Notes under the pieces: generated by a model
Told to the model about the DNA's origin: nothing
The model's database searches: none
Seen by the model: only the letters and a program-made list of their open reading frames with translations
Position numbers and translations under genes: made by a program
Part shown: piece by piece, positions 9,064 to 19,751 of the stretch
Numbering within the stretch: position 1 is the first letter of the stretch
How the letters are laid out: every line of letters starts with the position of its first letter
From: a virus
Virus record (IMG/VR): IMGVR_UViG_3300014208_000032
Span: 9,116-73,115 of that record
Length of the DNA: 64,000 bases
Strand: one strand, 5' to 3'

Positions 9064-10686
9064 TTAGAACAATCCTTTTACAATGTCAGAAATTTTAACT
9101 TCTTTTTCATTAAGATAATCAAAACTTTCACCTTCCATAACAAATTCTGGTCTTCCAAAATCACCAGCGGACGGATCAAAAACAACATCAATTGCTTTTA
9201 ATCTCAATCCACTAGTTACTTCTACTAGGTTTTTCCCAAGCTGTCCGGTGTATGGTTTTGTGTTTCCTAAAGCTCTTGTTGAAACCCCGAGGTGAATACC
9301 TTCTGACATCAACTGACGAAGTTTTCTACCTTGGTCTGTATTAAGAACCTCCATTTCACCAACAACAGCGCCATCTTCCATGAGTTCTAATCTTGTTATT
9401 TTGTGAGATATTTTATCAACGTTGATTTTGGGGGAATTTCCTGTCCAAAAAGATTTTCCGTTTTGTTTCATATAAAAATTTCCATTAGGAACAGTAATAC
9501 AATAAACGTTTCCATCATGGTCTTTTTTTTCTATTTTAAGAAATCTTTCATCAAGGTAAATACCTTTTGTTGTAGAAAGATTTAACTGATAAAGAGTTGA
9601 TTTATTTTCCGCTTCAATTAAGTGGTCAGCAAACATATAATCTTCTGTTGTATTTATTTCTGTCCAATTTCCACTTCCTCCACATTTAATGACTAATTCA
9701 TGTAAGTCCTCAATCAATCTCTTAGAAACAGAAAAAACGTTTATTCTGTTTCCTCCATCCATTCCTCTTCGATCTCTTCCATCACCCTTAACAAACCACT
9801 CTACTAATTCTTCAAGATAGGGAGCATCAAGTTGTTTTAGTTCAAGTGGAATATATTTAGCATAGCAATTTCCTAATGGCCTTAAAAAATCAGCAAATGC
9901 TTTAGAACTAAAATTAAATCTAATTAGAACATTATCTCTCCTTTTTTGATGATATTCTTTCATGTCAAAAGGAAGCCTACTAAATAACTCCCTAATCTCA
10001 TCTGCTGTAGTCCCATCGTTTTGTGAAATAGAAATTAGATTCTTCTCTTTTGAAACAAATCCCTCAGAGAGATATATTCCCATAAAAGACATTAGATCTT
10101 TTGTGTTAAACTCAATCCCAGAAATAGTTATTTTTTCGCTCGTTTCTGTTGACCAGTTTCCTAGTTTTATTATTTTATGTTTGTTATATTTATTTCTATT
10201 TTCAAATATTTCCCCAACAGTAACTATTTCTCTTTTTCCATATCTATTTTCTAAATAAAATCTATGAGAACCAGTAAAATCGGATGATATGTTTTTTCCA
10301 TTAAAAGAATAAATATCCCCTTTCCAATACTCATTTATAATTGTTTGTATTGGTTGATAAACAATATCATTGTTTTCATCAAGAGTTGCTACTTCATCAC
10401 CGATTTTACAATCGAGAAACTCTTTCCATCCTTCTTTTGCTAAGATGGAGAAATCGCTAACCCCGACACACGCAGGGTGATCGAGTTCACCTACCAGACC
10501 ATTTCTTGAAATTAAATCTTGAACCGACTCAACCATTTCTTTTAAAATTGCAAATGGATAAACTCTTCCGTTTTTATTGGGAATGTCTGCTTTTGAAAAA
10601 ACACCACGAATAACAAATCTTTTATCCTCGTTTTCTGTTAGTTGATATTCAAGAGGACTAAAATCTTCTAAAAATTTTTCACTCAT
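9064..10686 (-). CDS. prohead core protease (gp21-like) containing an intein
   Basis: NKNGRVYP, GELDHP (catalytic His), KISH, GVSTRALG (catalytic Ser), DVVFDPS. Confidence 0.92.
   Translation of the reverse strand: MSEKFLEDFSPLEYQLTENEDKRFVIRGVFSKADIPNKNGRVYPFAILKEMVESVQDLISRNGLVGELDHPACVGVSDFSILAKEGWKEFLDCKIGDEVATLDENNDIVYQPIQTIINEYWKGDIYSFNGKNISSDFTGSHRFYLENRYGKREIVTVGEIFENRNKYNKHKIIKLGNWSTETSEKITISGIEFNTKDLMSFMGIYLSEGFVSKEKNLISISQNDGTTADEIRELFSRLPFDMKEYHQKRRDNVLIRFNFSSKAFADFLRPLGNCYAKYIPLELKQLDAPYLEELVEWFVKGDGRDRRGMDGGNRINVFSVSKRLIEDLHELVIKCGGSGNWTEINTTEDYMFADHLIEAENKSTLYQLNLSTTKGIYLDERFLKIEKKDHDGNVYCITVPNGNFYMKQNGKSFWTGNSPKINVDKISHKITRLELMEDGAVVGEMEVLNTDQGRKLRQLMSEGIHLGVSTRALGNTKPYTGQLGKNLVEVTSGLRLKAIDVVFDPSAGDFGRPEFVMEGESFDYLNEKEVKISDIVKGLF
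9436..10470 (-). mobile_element. intein (345 aa) with LAGLIDADG homing endonuclease
   Basis: Starts at Cys73 (HPA|CVG), block B FTGSHRF, LAGLIDADG helices FMGIYLSEG and WFVKGDG, block F VYCITVPNGNFY, ends WTGN|S. Confidence 0.9.
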
Positions 10687-10731
10687 TTTTTAACTCCTTA
10701 AAGTTTCTAATATTAACTTTTCTAATAAAGA

Positions 10732-10757
10732 AAAAGGGAGGCAAATGCCTCCCTTTT
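10732..10757 (-). terminator. intrinsic terminator
   Basis: AAAAGGGAGGCA/TGCCTCCCTTTT stem. Confidence 0.8.
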
Positions 10758-10775
10758 GTTTAATTAAAAATAATA

Positions 10776-11921
10776 TTAACTAATATATTCGTTAGAACTT
10801 TCGTAAATATTTTTACCAAGAATAATAGAAATTGCTTCTTTTACTTCTTCAACAGGAGTTCCTTCATCTTTTTTGGATGAAAGTTTAGCAGCAAGTTTAT
10901 CAAGTTTTGCTTTAATTTTTTCATCTTCAACTTTTCCAGAAAGAGTAGTAAGTTCATCTGCAATTTTCTGTAATTCATCGGGCGTAAGTGTTGGGGCTGG
11001 TTCTTCGGCAGTTTCACCATCTGTTGGAGCTTCAGTTTCAGCGGCATCTTCCTCAGCTTCGGTAATATAATCAGGTTTAACTGAATTAAATTCACCTTCT
11101 TTAAGAAGTTTTTCAACTTTTGTGGAAATAATATTCATACTGTCTCGAAGATCTTTATTCATAAGAACTGCTTTCCCAAGAACAATTTTTCTTTCTGCTT
11201 TATCGAGAGAAAAAAGAGCAGGAAAAGATTCGAACAAATCAATGAAGTAAGAATCATCTTTATTTTCAACAAGTTCTTTACTTGCTTCTGCAAGAGCTTT
11301 CTTAAAGTCATCTTGTTTCCAAAGATTTTTTGCCTTATCTTTATTAGAAGATCCAACAGTTTTTTTAGATTCGGTAGGAATTAAAGAAACAGATACATCT
11401 TCATTAAAAGAAAAGAACTTAATTTTATTAAGTGGTTTGGTTGCAATTCTAGTAGCGTATTTCTGCACAAATCCCTCGTTAATAATATCACTTCTTTTTA
11501 CTTCGTTTAGTGAAGCATAATCAGATGTTTCTTCAAAAGATTTTCTTGACATAGCATCGTGAATGGTTTCAGTGATATACCTATCTTTTGAAAGAATGTT
11601 TTTCTTATAAGAAGAAAGAACATCTTCTAAAATACCTGTATCAAAAAAATCTTTTACACTTTCTTTAAGAGAGGTTGTCTCATCGACAATTGCCAACTCT
11701 TCAAAGTTTTTGAAAGAAACAGTATAGTTTTTTCTATTTATTTCCCATTTTGCAACAAAAAACTTTCCAGTTGTATGTTCAAAAAGGTTTACAGCATCCT
11801 CAAAAACAGAAACAAGCGCAGCATTTGCACTTTCGTTCACGATATTCCCAATAATTTTTTGAACATTTTCGTTATTGAAAACGTTAGCATTCTCAAACTG
11901 AGCGGCTGTCATTATTTTCAT
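10776..11921 (-). CDS. putative prohead core protein
   Basis: Between portal and protease; multiple LKE/ITE/LNE sites; SD and late-type motif upstream. Confidence 0.55.
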   Translation of the reverse strand: MKIMTAAQFENANVFNNENVQKIIGNIVNESANAALVSVFEDAVNLFEHTTGKFFVAKWEINRKNYTVSFKNFEELAIVDETTSLKESVKDFFDTGILEDVLSSYKKNILSKDRYITETIHDAMSRKSFEETSDYASLNEVKRSDIINEGFVQKYATRIATKPLNKIKFFSFNEDVSVSLIPTESKKTVGSSNKDKAKNLWKQDDFKKALAEASKELVENKDDSYFIDLFESFPALFSLDKAERKIVLGKAVLMNKDLRDSMNIISTKVEKLLKEGEFNSVKPDYITEAEEDAAETEAPTDGETAEEPAPTLTPDELQKIADELTTLSGKVEDEKIKAKLDKLAAKLSSKKDEGTPVEEVKEAISIILGKNIYESSNEYIS

Positions 11922-11949
11922 TATTTAATCTCCTTAGAATTTTCTAATA

Positions 11950-12390
11950 TTAACTTTGTCGGTTGTCAATTTTTACAATTTTATGAACACCTTTAAAAAG
12001 CCTTTTCACATTTCCTTCCACTAAATCATTCAATGTTAAATGAACTTCTATGTCTTTATAAAATTTATCTTTGATTTCATCTTCAAAAGAAAGGTTTTCA
12101 CAAACTATTTTTTCACCACTTATGCTTTTAATTCTAAGAATGTCCCCTCTCTTCTTTTCTTTATAAAAATCATAGATAGGGCTATTTTCTGTTAGTGCTC
12201 GTTTTTTATCTTTTTTTGAAAGAGCTAGGGGTTTTGTTAATTCTTTATTTTTTATTAGAATGTTCTTTTCTTCTCTCGGCGTATTTGCTGTTGGATAAAT
12301 ACTCCGTATTGTTTCGAGAAATTGTCCTTCTTTTAAATCAAGTATTTCCTCTTTGATTTCTTCCAATAAAGAAATTAAACTATTATTCAT
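11950..12390 (-). CDS. hypothetical head-module protein
   Basis: Overlaps portal stop; L-x-E-rich N-terminus. Confidence 0.6.
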   Translation of the reverse strand: MNNSLISLLEEIKEEILDLKEGQFLETIRSIYPTANTPREEKNILIKNKELTKPLALSKKDKKRALTENSPIYDFYKEKKRGDILRIKSISGEKIVCENLSFEDEIKDKFYKDIEVHLTLNDLVEGNVKRLFKGVHKIVKIDNRQS

Positions 12391-14395
12391 CCTTTAAATA
12401 TTCCTTTTTATGCAGTGGTATTCTACTTTCTTCTAAAATTCCATTTCCTTCATTGTCTTTCGTTGGTTTATAAATTAACATATCTCTTTCTTTAAAAGAA
12501 AGTCCACCAAACTCACCAAGCAAAATCATCCGGCGAACAGAGTTTTCAAGAAGTTTTTTACCATATTTCTTTTCCATCTTTTTATTTATGTCTTCAACTA
12601 AATTTTCTAGTATGGCTTCTGATGGTTCTTCATTTCTTTTTCTTAAATCTTTCATAAAGTATAAGAAATCTTCCTTGTTTTCTGTTAAGAATTTTTTACC
12701 ATACATTTGTCTAAAAATATCAACAGATGCTAAAATTGGTTCTGTTGATGGAATTGGAGTCATTTCTCCGCCCATTGGGGTTGCACCACCCATTTCGGTT
12801 CCTGTTGGGGGCACGCCAGGTTCTCCACCCATTGGAACTTCTCCGCCCAATCCAGCACCACCTAATCCCATATCTCCACCCAGCCCCATATCTCCACCAG
12901 CAATTCCGGCAGTTCCATCTGCGTTTACTGCACCAGATTGTAATTTCATTTGGAAACCAAGGTCAGATATCTCTCTATCAGACATCTTAAGAATTTTTTT
13001 AAGAATCCAAGCATCGGGAAATAACCCAAGTTGTTTGATTGTAGAGACAAGATTAATTTTTTGATTAAAAATATCAACTTCTGCAATCTCTTTAACGGAT
13101 GATGGTGGAGTTAGTTCAACAGTAAAATTGGAAAGATCTTCTTTCTTAAATCCTTTTAGCCACAACTCAATAGCAAGCATTTTATTAAGAGTTTTAACTA
13201 TTTGTTTTTGAATACGCTCAATGTATCGAGCAAACTTTTGATCCATTTGAGAAAGAGATTGTGTTCTATTAGCTTCTTCTCCCAAATACTCCAATGGAAT
13301 ATTCATTGTTCTCAAAATCTTCTTTACAAAATAATTAATATCATCCATATTTTGAAACGCAGTTCCGCCTTGCAAGGTTTCAATTCTTGTTCCAGACCCA
13401 CCTTCTCTTTGTGGAACGAAAATGTCTTTAAACAAAGAAAGACCACCAATCTGTTTTGTAATATCTCCGTTTAGGTCGATAACGTTTTCGGAGCGGTAAT
13501 TATCCTTCATTTGGTTTAGAAATCTTCTTGCTTCAGACGGACTAAGGTTTCCCACATCAACATAGAACACTCTTTTTTCTGGTGATCTTGATAAGCGATA
13601 GGTAACCATCAAATCTTCTAATAATTCCAATCTTCTGTATGTTTTAATACCGGGTTTCAACAAAGAAGAGCCGTATGGTTTGTTTTCAGAATCTTCTGCT
13701 ACTTTAAAATGTGCAACCTGCCAAGGAAACAATTTATAAATCATTTTGTCTTTTTCTTTACTAATGTAATCAAAGACACCTGTTTTAAAGTTATTTCTTT
13801 GTTTTTCGTCTAAATCTACTGTATAACGAAACATAAGAAGTTTAGAATCAATTTCAATCCTTTCTGTTCTTTCTTGTTCTAAAAATCGAATTTGAACAAT
13901 TTCTTTGGGATCTTTAAAACTATTAGGAATAATCTCATAAAATCCATCACCAAATTTTGCGGTGTTAAAAATAATATTCCACAATTCAGAATTGAGATCT
14001 AATTTCTTAATAAACAGTTCTTCTCCAATTTTTCTAATATCTTCGTTGGGAGAAAAAACACGAACAACGTTTCCATCATCATTTTGTTGTGTACTGTCAT
14101 CAGCGATAATCTCAAGGCTTCTATTAATATACTCGCTATTTCCCATGCTTCTATAAACAGAATAACTTCCACGTCTATCATTTAATGAACGCATTCCTTG
14201 AACACTAGCATCATCAAAAAACATAGACATATTGGCAGGATCATCTTCATCCCTCATTAAATCTTGTCTTAGTTTAGAAATATCTAATTCTGTTTTAGCA
14301 TCAACAGGCATTGATTTGTTTTGATCAATGTCTTTCTGAATAATATGTTGTTTTTTAATGTCATAAAAAACTTCTCTACCATTAATCATCGGCAT
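12383..14395 (-). CDS. portal protein (T4 gp20-like)
   Basis: LLEDLMVTYRLSRSPEKRVFYVDVGNL, GTRIETLQGG, DINYF, KFARYIERIQ; G/M/P-rich C-terminal linker. Confidence 0.95.
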   Translation of the reverse strand: MPMINGREVFYDIKKQHIIQKDIDQNKSMPVDAKTELDISKLRQDLMRDEDDPANMSMFFDDASVQGMRSLNDRRGSYSVYRSMGNSEYINRSLEIIADDSTQQNDDGNVVRVFSPNEDIRKIGEELFIKKLDLNSELWNIIFNTAKFGDGFYEIIPNSFKDPKEIVQIRFLEQERTERIEIDSKLLMFRYTVDLDEKQRNNFKTGVFDYISKEKDKMIYKLFPWQVAHFKVAEDSENKPYGSSLLKPGIKTYRRLELLEDLMVTYRLSRSPEKRVFYVDVGNLSPSEARRFLNQMKDNYRSENVIDLNGDITKQIGGLSLFKDIFVPQREGGSGTRIETLQGGTAFQNMDDINYFVKKILRTMNIPLEYLGEEANRTQSLSQMDQKFARYIERIQKQIVKTLNKMLAIELWLKGFKKEDLSNFTVELTPPSSVKEIAEVDIFNQKINLVSTIKQLGLFPDAWILKKILKMSDREISDLGFQMKLQSGAVNADGTAGIAGGDMGLGGDMGLGGAGLGGEVPMGGEPGVPPTGTEMGGATPMGGEMTPIPSTEPILASVDIFRQMYGKKFLTENKEDFLYFMKDLRKRNEEPSEAILENLVEDINKKMEKKYGKKLLENSVRRMILLGEFGGLSFKERDMLIYKPTKDNEGNGILEESRIPLHKKEYLKDE

Positions 14396-14397
14396 AA

Positions 14398-15021
14398 TTA
14401 ATACCCCAACTTTTTATCTAATTTTTTATAATAATCTTTATTAACGCTTTTACCGATTGCTTTTTTATGATCTCTTTCTGTGCTACCAGTAAATTCCTTA
14501 AATCTTTTGTCTTGTTTTAGTTTTCTTTCGTGTTTATAAATAGAGGAATCTTTGTTTTTACCATTAATGTCGTTAATGTGTTTGTCAACTCTTTTTGAAA
14601 ATTGCGCTTTTTTACCTTCGGTAGTATTATCTTCGACAGGAGTTTCTTCTTTGTTAATCAATTTTTCTTTATTATCTTCATTTCCATCTTGGGTAGAAGT
14701 TTCGTCTTCTGGGGTTTCTTTGTTTTGTGTGATAGGTGTTGTTGCACTTTTTGTTGGTATTGTTGAAGATTTATTTGATCTAAATTTTGCTAATATTTTT
14801 TCATCCGATCCTTCTTTTGTTGGATCAGGACTGATTTGTATTTTTGTTACTCTTTTTGAGGTTGCTAAAGTAGGAGGTGCCCCTGGAGTTAAAGGTACTA
14901 CAGGCACAACAGAAGCGTCTTGTTGTTGTGTAGGATCAATTTGTTGATTTTTATCTACGGGAATATTTTCTGCTTCTGTGAAAAATGATAAAATCTTTTT
15001 AATACTTTTAGTGTAATACAT
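14398..15021 (-). CDS. hypothetical protein, probable processed virion protein
   Basis: Between terminase and portal; N-terminal FFTE|A; low complexity. Confidence 0.6.
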   Translation of the reverse strand: MYYTKSIKKILSFFTEAENIPVDKNQQIDPTQQQDASVVPVVPLTPGAPPTLATSKRVTKIQISPDPTKEGSDEKILAKFRSNKSSTIPTKSATTPITQNKETPEDETSTQDGNEDNKEKLINKEETPVEDNTTEGKKAQFSKRVDKHINDINGKNKDSSIYKHERKLKQDKRFKEFTGSTERDHKKAIGKSVNKDYYKKLDKKLGY

Positions 15022-15030
15022 TTAAACCTC

Positions 15031-16926
15031 TTAGTTGATTAGCCAATTATATATTTTAATTTCTTCAGAATTGGCATCCCCACCATCCCATTCATCAGAA
15101 ACAAATCCATAAGCTTTAGAGAAATTATCTTCTTCTCCATCATTTATATTATCTTTCTTAAATGTAAACATCTTACCACTTTCTGAAATTAAGAAACTTT
15201 CTCCACCGTTAGTTGCCCTATCTCTTAAATAAAGACAAAAAGCAAGAGCCATCAACAAGTCATCATGTGCTGATGATGATGCATGAGTTGGTTTTCCTTT
15301 TTCGTTATAAATCCAAGTTGTCATTTCAAGATAAAGTCTTTTGCTATAAATTTTTAATTGAGAAAAAAGATCATCTACTGTTAACCAATCAATAAGATTA
15401 TTTGTAATTAGTTTTCTTGATTTTTCTGTTGTGGTCCATCCAGTAGCAATTTGCTCGCCTTTTTTGTTTGTTTTAAATTCTTTATACATATTATTATAGG
15501 ATTCATTTTCATCATAATAAAGTTTAGTAAAAACAGCTTCACCAACTCCATTACTTTCAATGATTAAATATGCTTGATTATAATAATTTGCTAACATATA
15601 AATTAATCTAGCAAATGCTGGAGTAGATAATAAATTTTGATATTCACAAACTTGCTCATATTCTTCTACATCAAATATTTGAAATGTAGAATAATCAGCA
15701 GAAGTTCCTTTTGCTATGTCGCAACTAATCGCATATCTTTTCCCTGGTTTTGGCTCTTTCCAGATCCAAAGTCCATCAATTTCCATTGTTTTAAATTTAT
15801 TTTTAATTATTGGTTCTCTAATTCGACTTTCAATTTTAGCAAGAACATCTTTATTAAAAACCATATTTCCAGAGACAATGAATTCGTGAAGAATTTCTTG
15901 GCGATAAGATTGTTCGTTACTATCTTCATATTGTCTTCTTAACCAAGGGTTTTCGTAATATTTTTCTTTAGCAAGAGGCATAAAAAAATTATTATATTTT
16001 GATTTTATAGGTTCGTTGTGATAATAATTTTCTTTAATTGCTTTTTCAAGAATTTCATTATATCCTTTTTTTGGTCCAGCGATCTCTGGATCATCAGGAA
16101 TTTCCCACCAATCAATTGTAATTAATTTTGTGTGTTTATCTTTTGATATTTGAGCATTTACAACTTGTTCATAATAATATTGACCAGCACCTGATGTTCC
16201 GGATGGTGTTGAAATTACCAACAATTGACCACCAGTTTTTGTAAGTGCTGGTCCAGAGGATGATACAATTTTTCTGACCATTCTGTCAGATTGATAGTGA
16301 GCTACTTCGTCCATAATAAGAAGAGAAATAGAATCACCTCGTCCAGCATTTTCTGATTGGGATTCTGATCTGATTGTTGAGAGAGTTCCTGATGGATGTT
16401 GTAAAACTATTTTTTCAGTATTTTGTGCTAAAACTTTTTTCTTTAAAAAATCTGGCATCCTAATCATTGTTGTATTAAACCTGCCAACAAATCCCTGGGC
16501 AGCAATTTGTGTTTTAGAAATAATAGATATGTATTCTCCCTCATAAAAATTGCATTTCCAGAAAGCATAATTTGAAGTTAAAGTAGAAAAGCCTGCTTGG
16601 CGAGTTTTAAATGCTACAACCTTTAGATATTTTTGGATCTCTCTTGCTAATTCTTTTTGAAAATAATATGGTTTAAATGGTTCTGACCCTTTCCCTGGAA
16701 TATCCACCCAAGCATAACTGGTCATAAAATAAAGAAACGATTTTTTACAAAGAAAATGTTCTATTCCAGCATCAACAATTTCTGTTGATAAATCATTATA
16801 AGTTGTTTCAACAAAATTCCCTGTCGAATTTAACAGGGCCTCTTTTGTTGTTGTTGAAATAGAATATTTTTTTATTTTACTATCTATGGACGTGAGAAAT
16901 TTCTGTTCTTTTTCGTTGAGTATCAT
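15031..16926 (-). CDS. terminase large subunit (gp17-like)
   Basis: Walker A variant KTRQAGFST, GRGDSISLLIMDEVA, ISTPSG, nuclease DIAKG..DYS, IESNGVG, HDDLLMA. Confidence 0.95.
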   Translation of the reverse strand: MILNEKEQKFLTSIDSKIKKYSISTTTKEALLNSTGNFVETTYNDLSTEIVDAGIEHFLCKKSFLYFMTSYAWVDIPGKGSEPFKPYYFQKELAREIQKYLKVVAFKTRQAGFSTLTSNYAFWKCNFYEGEYISIISKTQIAAQGFVGRFNTTMIRMPDFLKKKVLAQNTEKIVLQHPSGTLSTIRSESQSENAGRGDSISLLIMDEVAHYQSDRMVRKIVSSSGPALTKTGGQLLVISTPSGTSGAGQYYYEQVVNAQISKDKHTKLITIDWWEIPDDPEIAGPKKGYNEILEKAIKENYYHNEPIKSKYNNFFMPLAKEKYYENPWLRRQYEDSNEQSYRQEILHEFIVSGNMVFNKDVLAKIESRIREPIIKNKFKTMEIDGLWIWKEPKPGKRYAISCDIAKGTSADYSTFQIFDVEEYEQVCEYQNLLSTPAFARLIYMLANYYNQAYLIIESNGVGEAVFTKLYYDENESYNNMYKEFKTNKKGEQIATGWTTTEKSRKLITNNLIDWLTVDDLFSQLKIYSKRLYLEMTTWIYNEKGKPTHASSSAHDDLLMALAFCLYLRDRATNGGESFLISESGKMFTFKKDNINDGEEDNFSKAYGFVSDEWDGGDANSEEIKIYNWLIN

Positions 16927-16950
16927 TTAAATATGTATGATACGAAAATA

Positions 16951-17238
16951 TTATCTTCTATGTTTAAAAAGTTCAAGTTGAGATAATCTGTGATGTGCAA
17001 CTGCCTCTGGGGAAAGTTTTTTGTCACCTTTTTCTTTTCTGATTTTATTAACATATTGTGTGTCAATATAACCTTTTATTTTTCCCTTCTCATCTTTTAT
17101 TATAAGATAAAGAATTCCGCCTTCACTTTCTCCTTGTCTTTCTTTCCAGTCATCTTTTTCTTTAGAAGTTGGTTTAACAATTTCTTCATTAAGAACCTCT
17201 TCTTTTAGCAATTCATTTACCCTGTCTTTAAAATTCAT
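16951..17238 (-). CDS. hypothetical protein with capsid-targeting-like N-terminus
   Basis: MNFKDRVNELLKEEVLNE; C-terminal RLSQLELFKH. Confidence 0.6.
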   Translation of the reverse strand: MNFKDRVNELLKEEVLNEEIVKPTSKEKDDWKERQGESEGGILYLIIKDEKGKIKGYIDTQYVNKIRKEKGDKKLSPEAVAHHRLSQLELFKHRR

Positions 17239-18248
17239 TTCCTGTTCTCCTTTAATATTGTTAAAAATCCAAATTTCTCTGGTATTAAATCTGCTTCTGT
17301 ATAACTCTTACCTTTATCTCTGAAATTAATCTTTATCTTTTGATTGGCATCTCTTATTTTAGACATAAATTCTCCAACATATCTATTCCAATTTCTAAGA
17401 TTTTCTTTTGTGTTAATATTTGATTTAGAAATTCCTGGGTGGTGCTTTTCTGCAAATCTCTTTAAAAAATCTTGGCTATTAACCATTTTTGAAAAAGAAA
17501 CTCTATTTAATTTATTTTCCATTAGATCACTCACGATATTTTGAATATTAGCATTTTGTTCTGCTGGTTCTAAAAAATAATTATTAGAATTTGTTTCTAT
17601 GTTTTTGTTTTTATAAAGTCCCGTATTATGTTTTAAATTATCTTTTCCAATATAGGATGTTTTTTTTATTCTGGAATAATCTAACATATGAACCAATTCG
17701 TGTTTTAATATACGCCTGATTTCTGTTTTTTCTTTTTCTTTGTGAATATATAATATATTATTTTTTATGTTTATTTTTATAAAACTTTTTGTATCATCAA
17801 CGGATGGTAAAATGACGCTCATATCTTTTTGATATGTTTCCTTAGAAGAAACTGTTGCGTAATTATAGGGTTCTTTGTTTTCTATTTTTCTATCATCGAG
17901 TTCTCCATAAATATTAATATATGGTTTAAATATGACGTAGAATTTTTTTTTCTTAAACTCTTCTATATCATCTTTAGTTTTAAAGTTATTATCTTTTATA
18001 AAAGTATTCAAGAGAATCAAAATTTTGTCTGTAATATCTATTGTTTTTATTTTATTTCCAATTGAGTTTTTTATTGTTTTTTCAAGATTTACTTTATAAG
18101 ATTTATTTTTTTTTGGATCGAACAAAGTTGGTATAAAATTAAAGTCAGTTATATTATTTTTTAGCCAATCTAAATACTCATTTAGAATATATCTTGATAA
18201 AGATGTTGTTTCATAAACTGCTTCAAACAAATAAGTAAAATCTTTCAT
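17235..18248 (-). CDS. putative zincin metallopeptidase with capsid-targeting-like N-terminus
   Basis: LKHELVHMLD (HExxH) plus downstream YFLEPAEQNA; N-terminus MKDFTYLFE. Confidence 0.6.
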   Translation of the reverse strand: MKDFTYLFEAVYETTSLSRYILNEYLDWLKNNITDFNFIPTLFDPKKNKSYKVNLEKTIKNSIGNKIKTIDITDKILILLNTFIKDNNFKTKDDIEEFKKKKFYVIFKPYINIYGELDDRKIENKEPYNYATVSSKETYQKDMSVILPSVDDTKSFIKINIKNNILYIHKEKEKTEIRRILKHELVHMLDYSRIKKTSYIGKDNLKHNTGLYKNKNIETNSNNYFLEPAEQNANIQNIVSDLMENKLNRVSFSKMVNSQDFLKRFAEKHHPGISKSNINTKENLRNWNRYVGEFMSKIRDANQKIKINFRDKGKSYTEADLIPEKFGFLTILKENRK

Positions 18249-18270
18249 AAAATTAACTTAGCAAAAAAAA

Positions 18271-18297
18271 GAACTTGTAAGTTTTCCTTACAAGTTC
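18271..18297 (-). terminator. intrinsic terminator
   Basis: GAACTTGTAAG/CTTACAAGTTC stem, T8 on minus strand. Confidence 0.8.
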
Positions 18298-18341
18298 AAA
18301 AGTACCTCGATGATACTGCTACCGCTTTGGAATTTTTTTAT

Positions 18342-18779
18342 TTAATCTTCGTCATCTTCGTTGTCAAATTTATCAAAAGTGTCATCCACTTCATCATCAC
18401 CAATATCAATACTCCCACCAAATGGACTACGAACTTTGTTCGGTTTTCTATTTTCTTCTAACCCAAATTTTTCACGAATCAATTCTTCAACAGAAGACAG
18501 TTGTTCTAATGCTTTTTTACCAAGAGATCTTCTAATTATTTTTTTCTCTTCGTATTCTTGTTCTTTTTTTCTTACATCAACGATTGGCAAAGAATAACCA
18601 TTTCCAAAATTTGTTTCTGAAAATCTTGACGCAATTGAATCAAGCTCTCTTCTTAAATTAACAAAAGCATTAAGGAGATTTGCATCAGTTTCCAATTTAT
18701 CCGTAATTATTTTGTGCTCTTCTGAATTTTCATTAAGGGATGCTCTTAAATTATATAGAATTTGACTTTTAATACTCAT
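18342..18779 (-). CDS. hypothetical protein
   Basis: 145 aa; N-terminus ends SLNE. Confidence 0.6.
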   Translation of the reverse strand: MSIKSQILYNLRASLNENSEEHKIITDKLETDANLLNAFVNLRRELDSIASRFSETNFGNGYSLPIVDVRKKEQEYEEKKIIRRSLGKKALEQLSSVEELIREKFGLEENRKPNKVRSPFGGSIDIGDDEVDDTFDKFDNEDDED

Positions 18780-18780
18780 A

Positions 18781-19104
18781 TTACCTTCTTGTTAATTTTC
18801 TTTTATTTACGTCATAAGAATACTCTATGCCGTTGTCATCAGTTAATGACACAATAGAACCAACTTTACTTCTTGAATTAGCAATATCATCTGGAGTTAA
18901 TGGCTTTACAAAACTTTTAGTTAAATTACTATCAATAATGGCTGTTCTTATTTCTTTAATAACTTTAAGCCAGCTTGGTTGTCCAACAAGAGCTTGTTGT
19001 CCAGCAGGAGTTTTAGTGCTTAAACCATTAAATTTAACAATATCCAAGTTGGCTCCGGCCAATTCTGTTCCGTCGTTTTCTTTAATTAAATCAAAAAATT
19101 TCAT
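18781..19104 (-). CDS. hypothetical protein with capsid-targeting-like N-terminus
   Basis: MKFFDLIKE. Confidence 0.6.
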   Translation of the reverse strand: MKFFDLIKENDGTELAGANLDIVKFNGLSTKTPAGQQALVGQPSWLKVIKEIRTAIIDSNLTKSFVKPLTPDDIANSRSKVGSIVSLTDDNGIEYSYDVNKRKLTRR

Positions 19105-19119
19105 ATTAACCTTCTTAAA

Positions 19120-19542
19120 TTAACTTTGCGGATCATTGCTAATGTGATTAAATACATTTTGTAAATCTATTCCAGCTTTTCTCTCGGACACCACGTTGAT
19201 CATAACACCGTTGGCAGTTTTTGTTGCTTCGTTTTTCTTTGCTTTAATTTTAAGAAGTTCTATAATATTTTTACTTGCTTCTATTTTTAATTCAAGTGCC
19301 CGCATAACAGCTTCTTTAGAAGCTTGACTGTGATCTCTTCCAATAGCCAAATCTCCATAGAATAAAGAAAATAGTTGATCTGCTTTTTCTCTATCTTTAT
19401 TTACCATATCAACAAGGTGTTCACTAACACTTTCTTCGTCATTGGCATCCACTTTGATAATTTCTTGATTGTTTTTTGTTTCTAAACTTCTTACTTCAAT
19501 AGAAGCTAAATCTAAAATTTTATCTAATTCTGTATCCTTCAT
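19120..19542 (-). CDS. helical protein, possible small terminase
   Basis: 140 aa helical-hairpin pattern near terL; no diagnostic motif. Confidence 0.3.
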   Translation of the reverse strand: MKDTELDKILDLASIEVRSLETKNNQEIIKVDANDEESVSEHLVDMVNKDREKADQLFSLFYGDLAIGRDHSQASKEAVMRALELKIEASKNIIELLKIKAKKNEATKTANGVMINVVSERKAGIDLQNVFNHISNDPQS

Positions 19543-19546
19543 ATAA

Positions 19547-19750
19547 TTAACTTTTCAATTGGTCTATATACCAATATCTTTGACATTCATTACAAAATGT
19601 TTTGTTTTTAACATCTCTAAAATCCCTATTTTCTAAAACAGGGATATCTTGGATTGATGTTTCGGCAAGATTTAGGGACCCACAAGGGCATCTCTTTTTT
19701 TTTGCATAGTAGCGAAATTTTATATCTTTTTGTTGTTGTTCAGACAGCAT
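19547..19750 (-). CDS. small zinc-ribbon protein
   Basis: CPCG...CNEC. Confidence 0.55.
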   Translation of the reverse strand: MLSEQQQKDIKFRYYAKKKRCPCGSLNLAETSIQDIPVLENRDFRDVKNKTFCNECQRYWYIDQLKS

Positions 19751-19751
19751 T

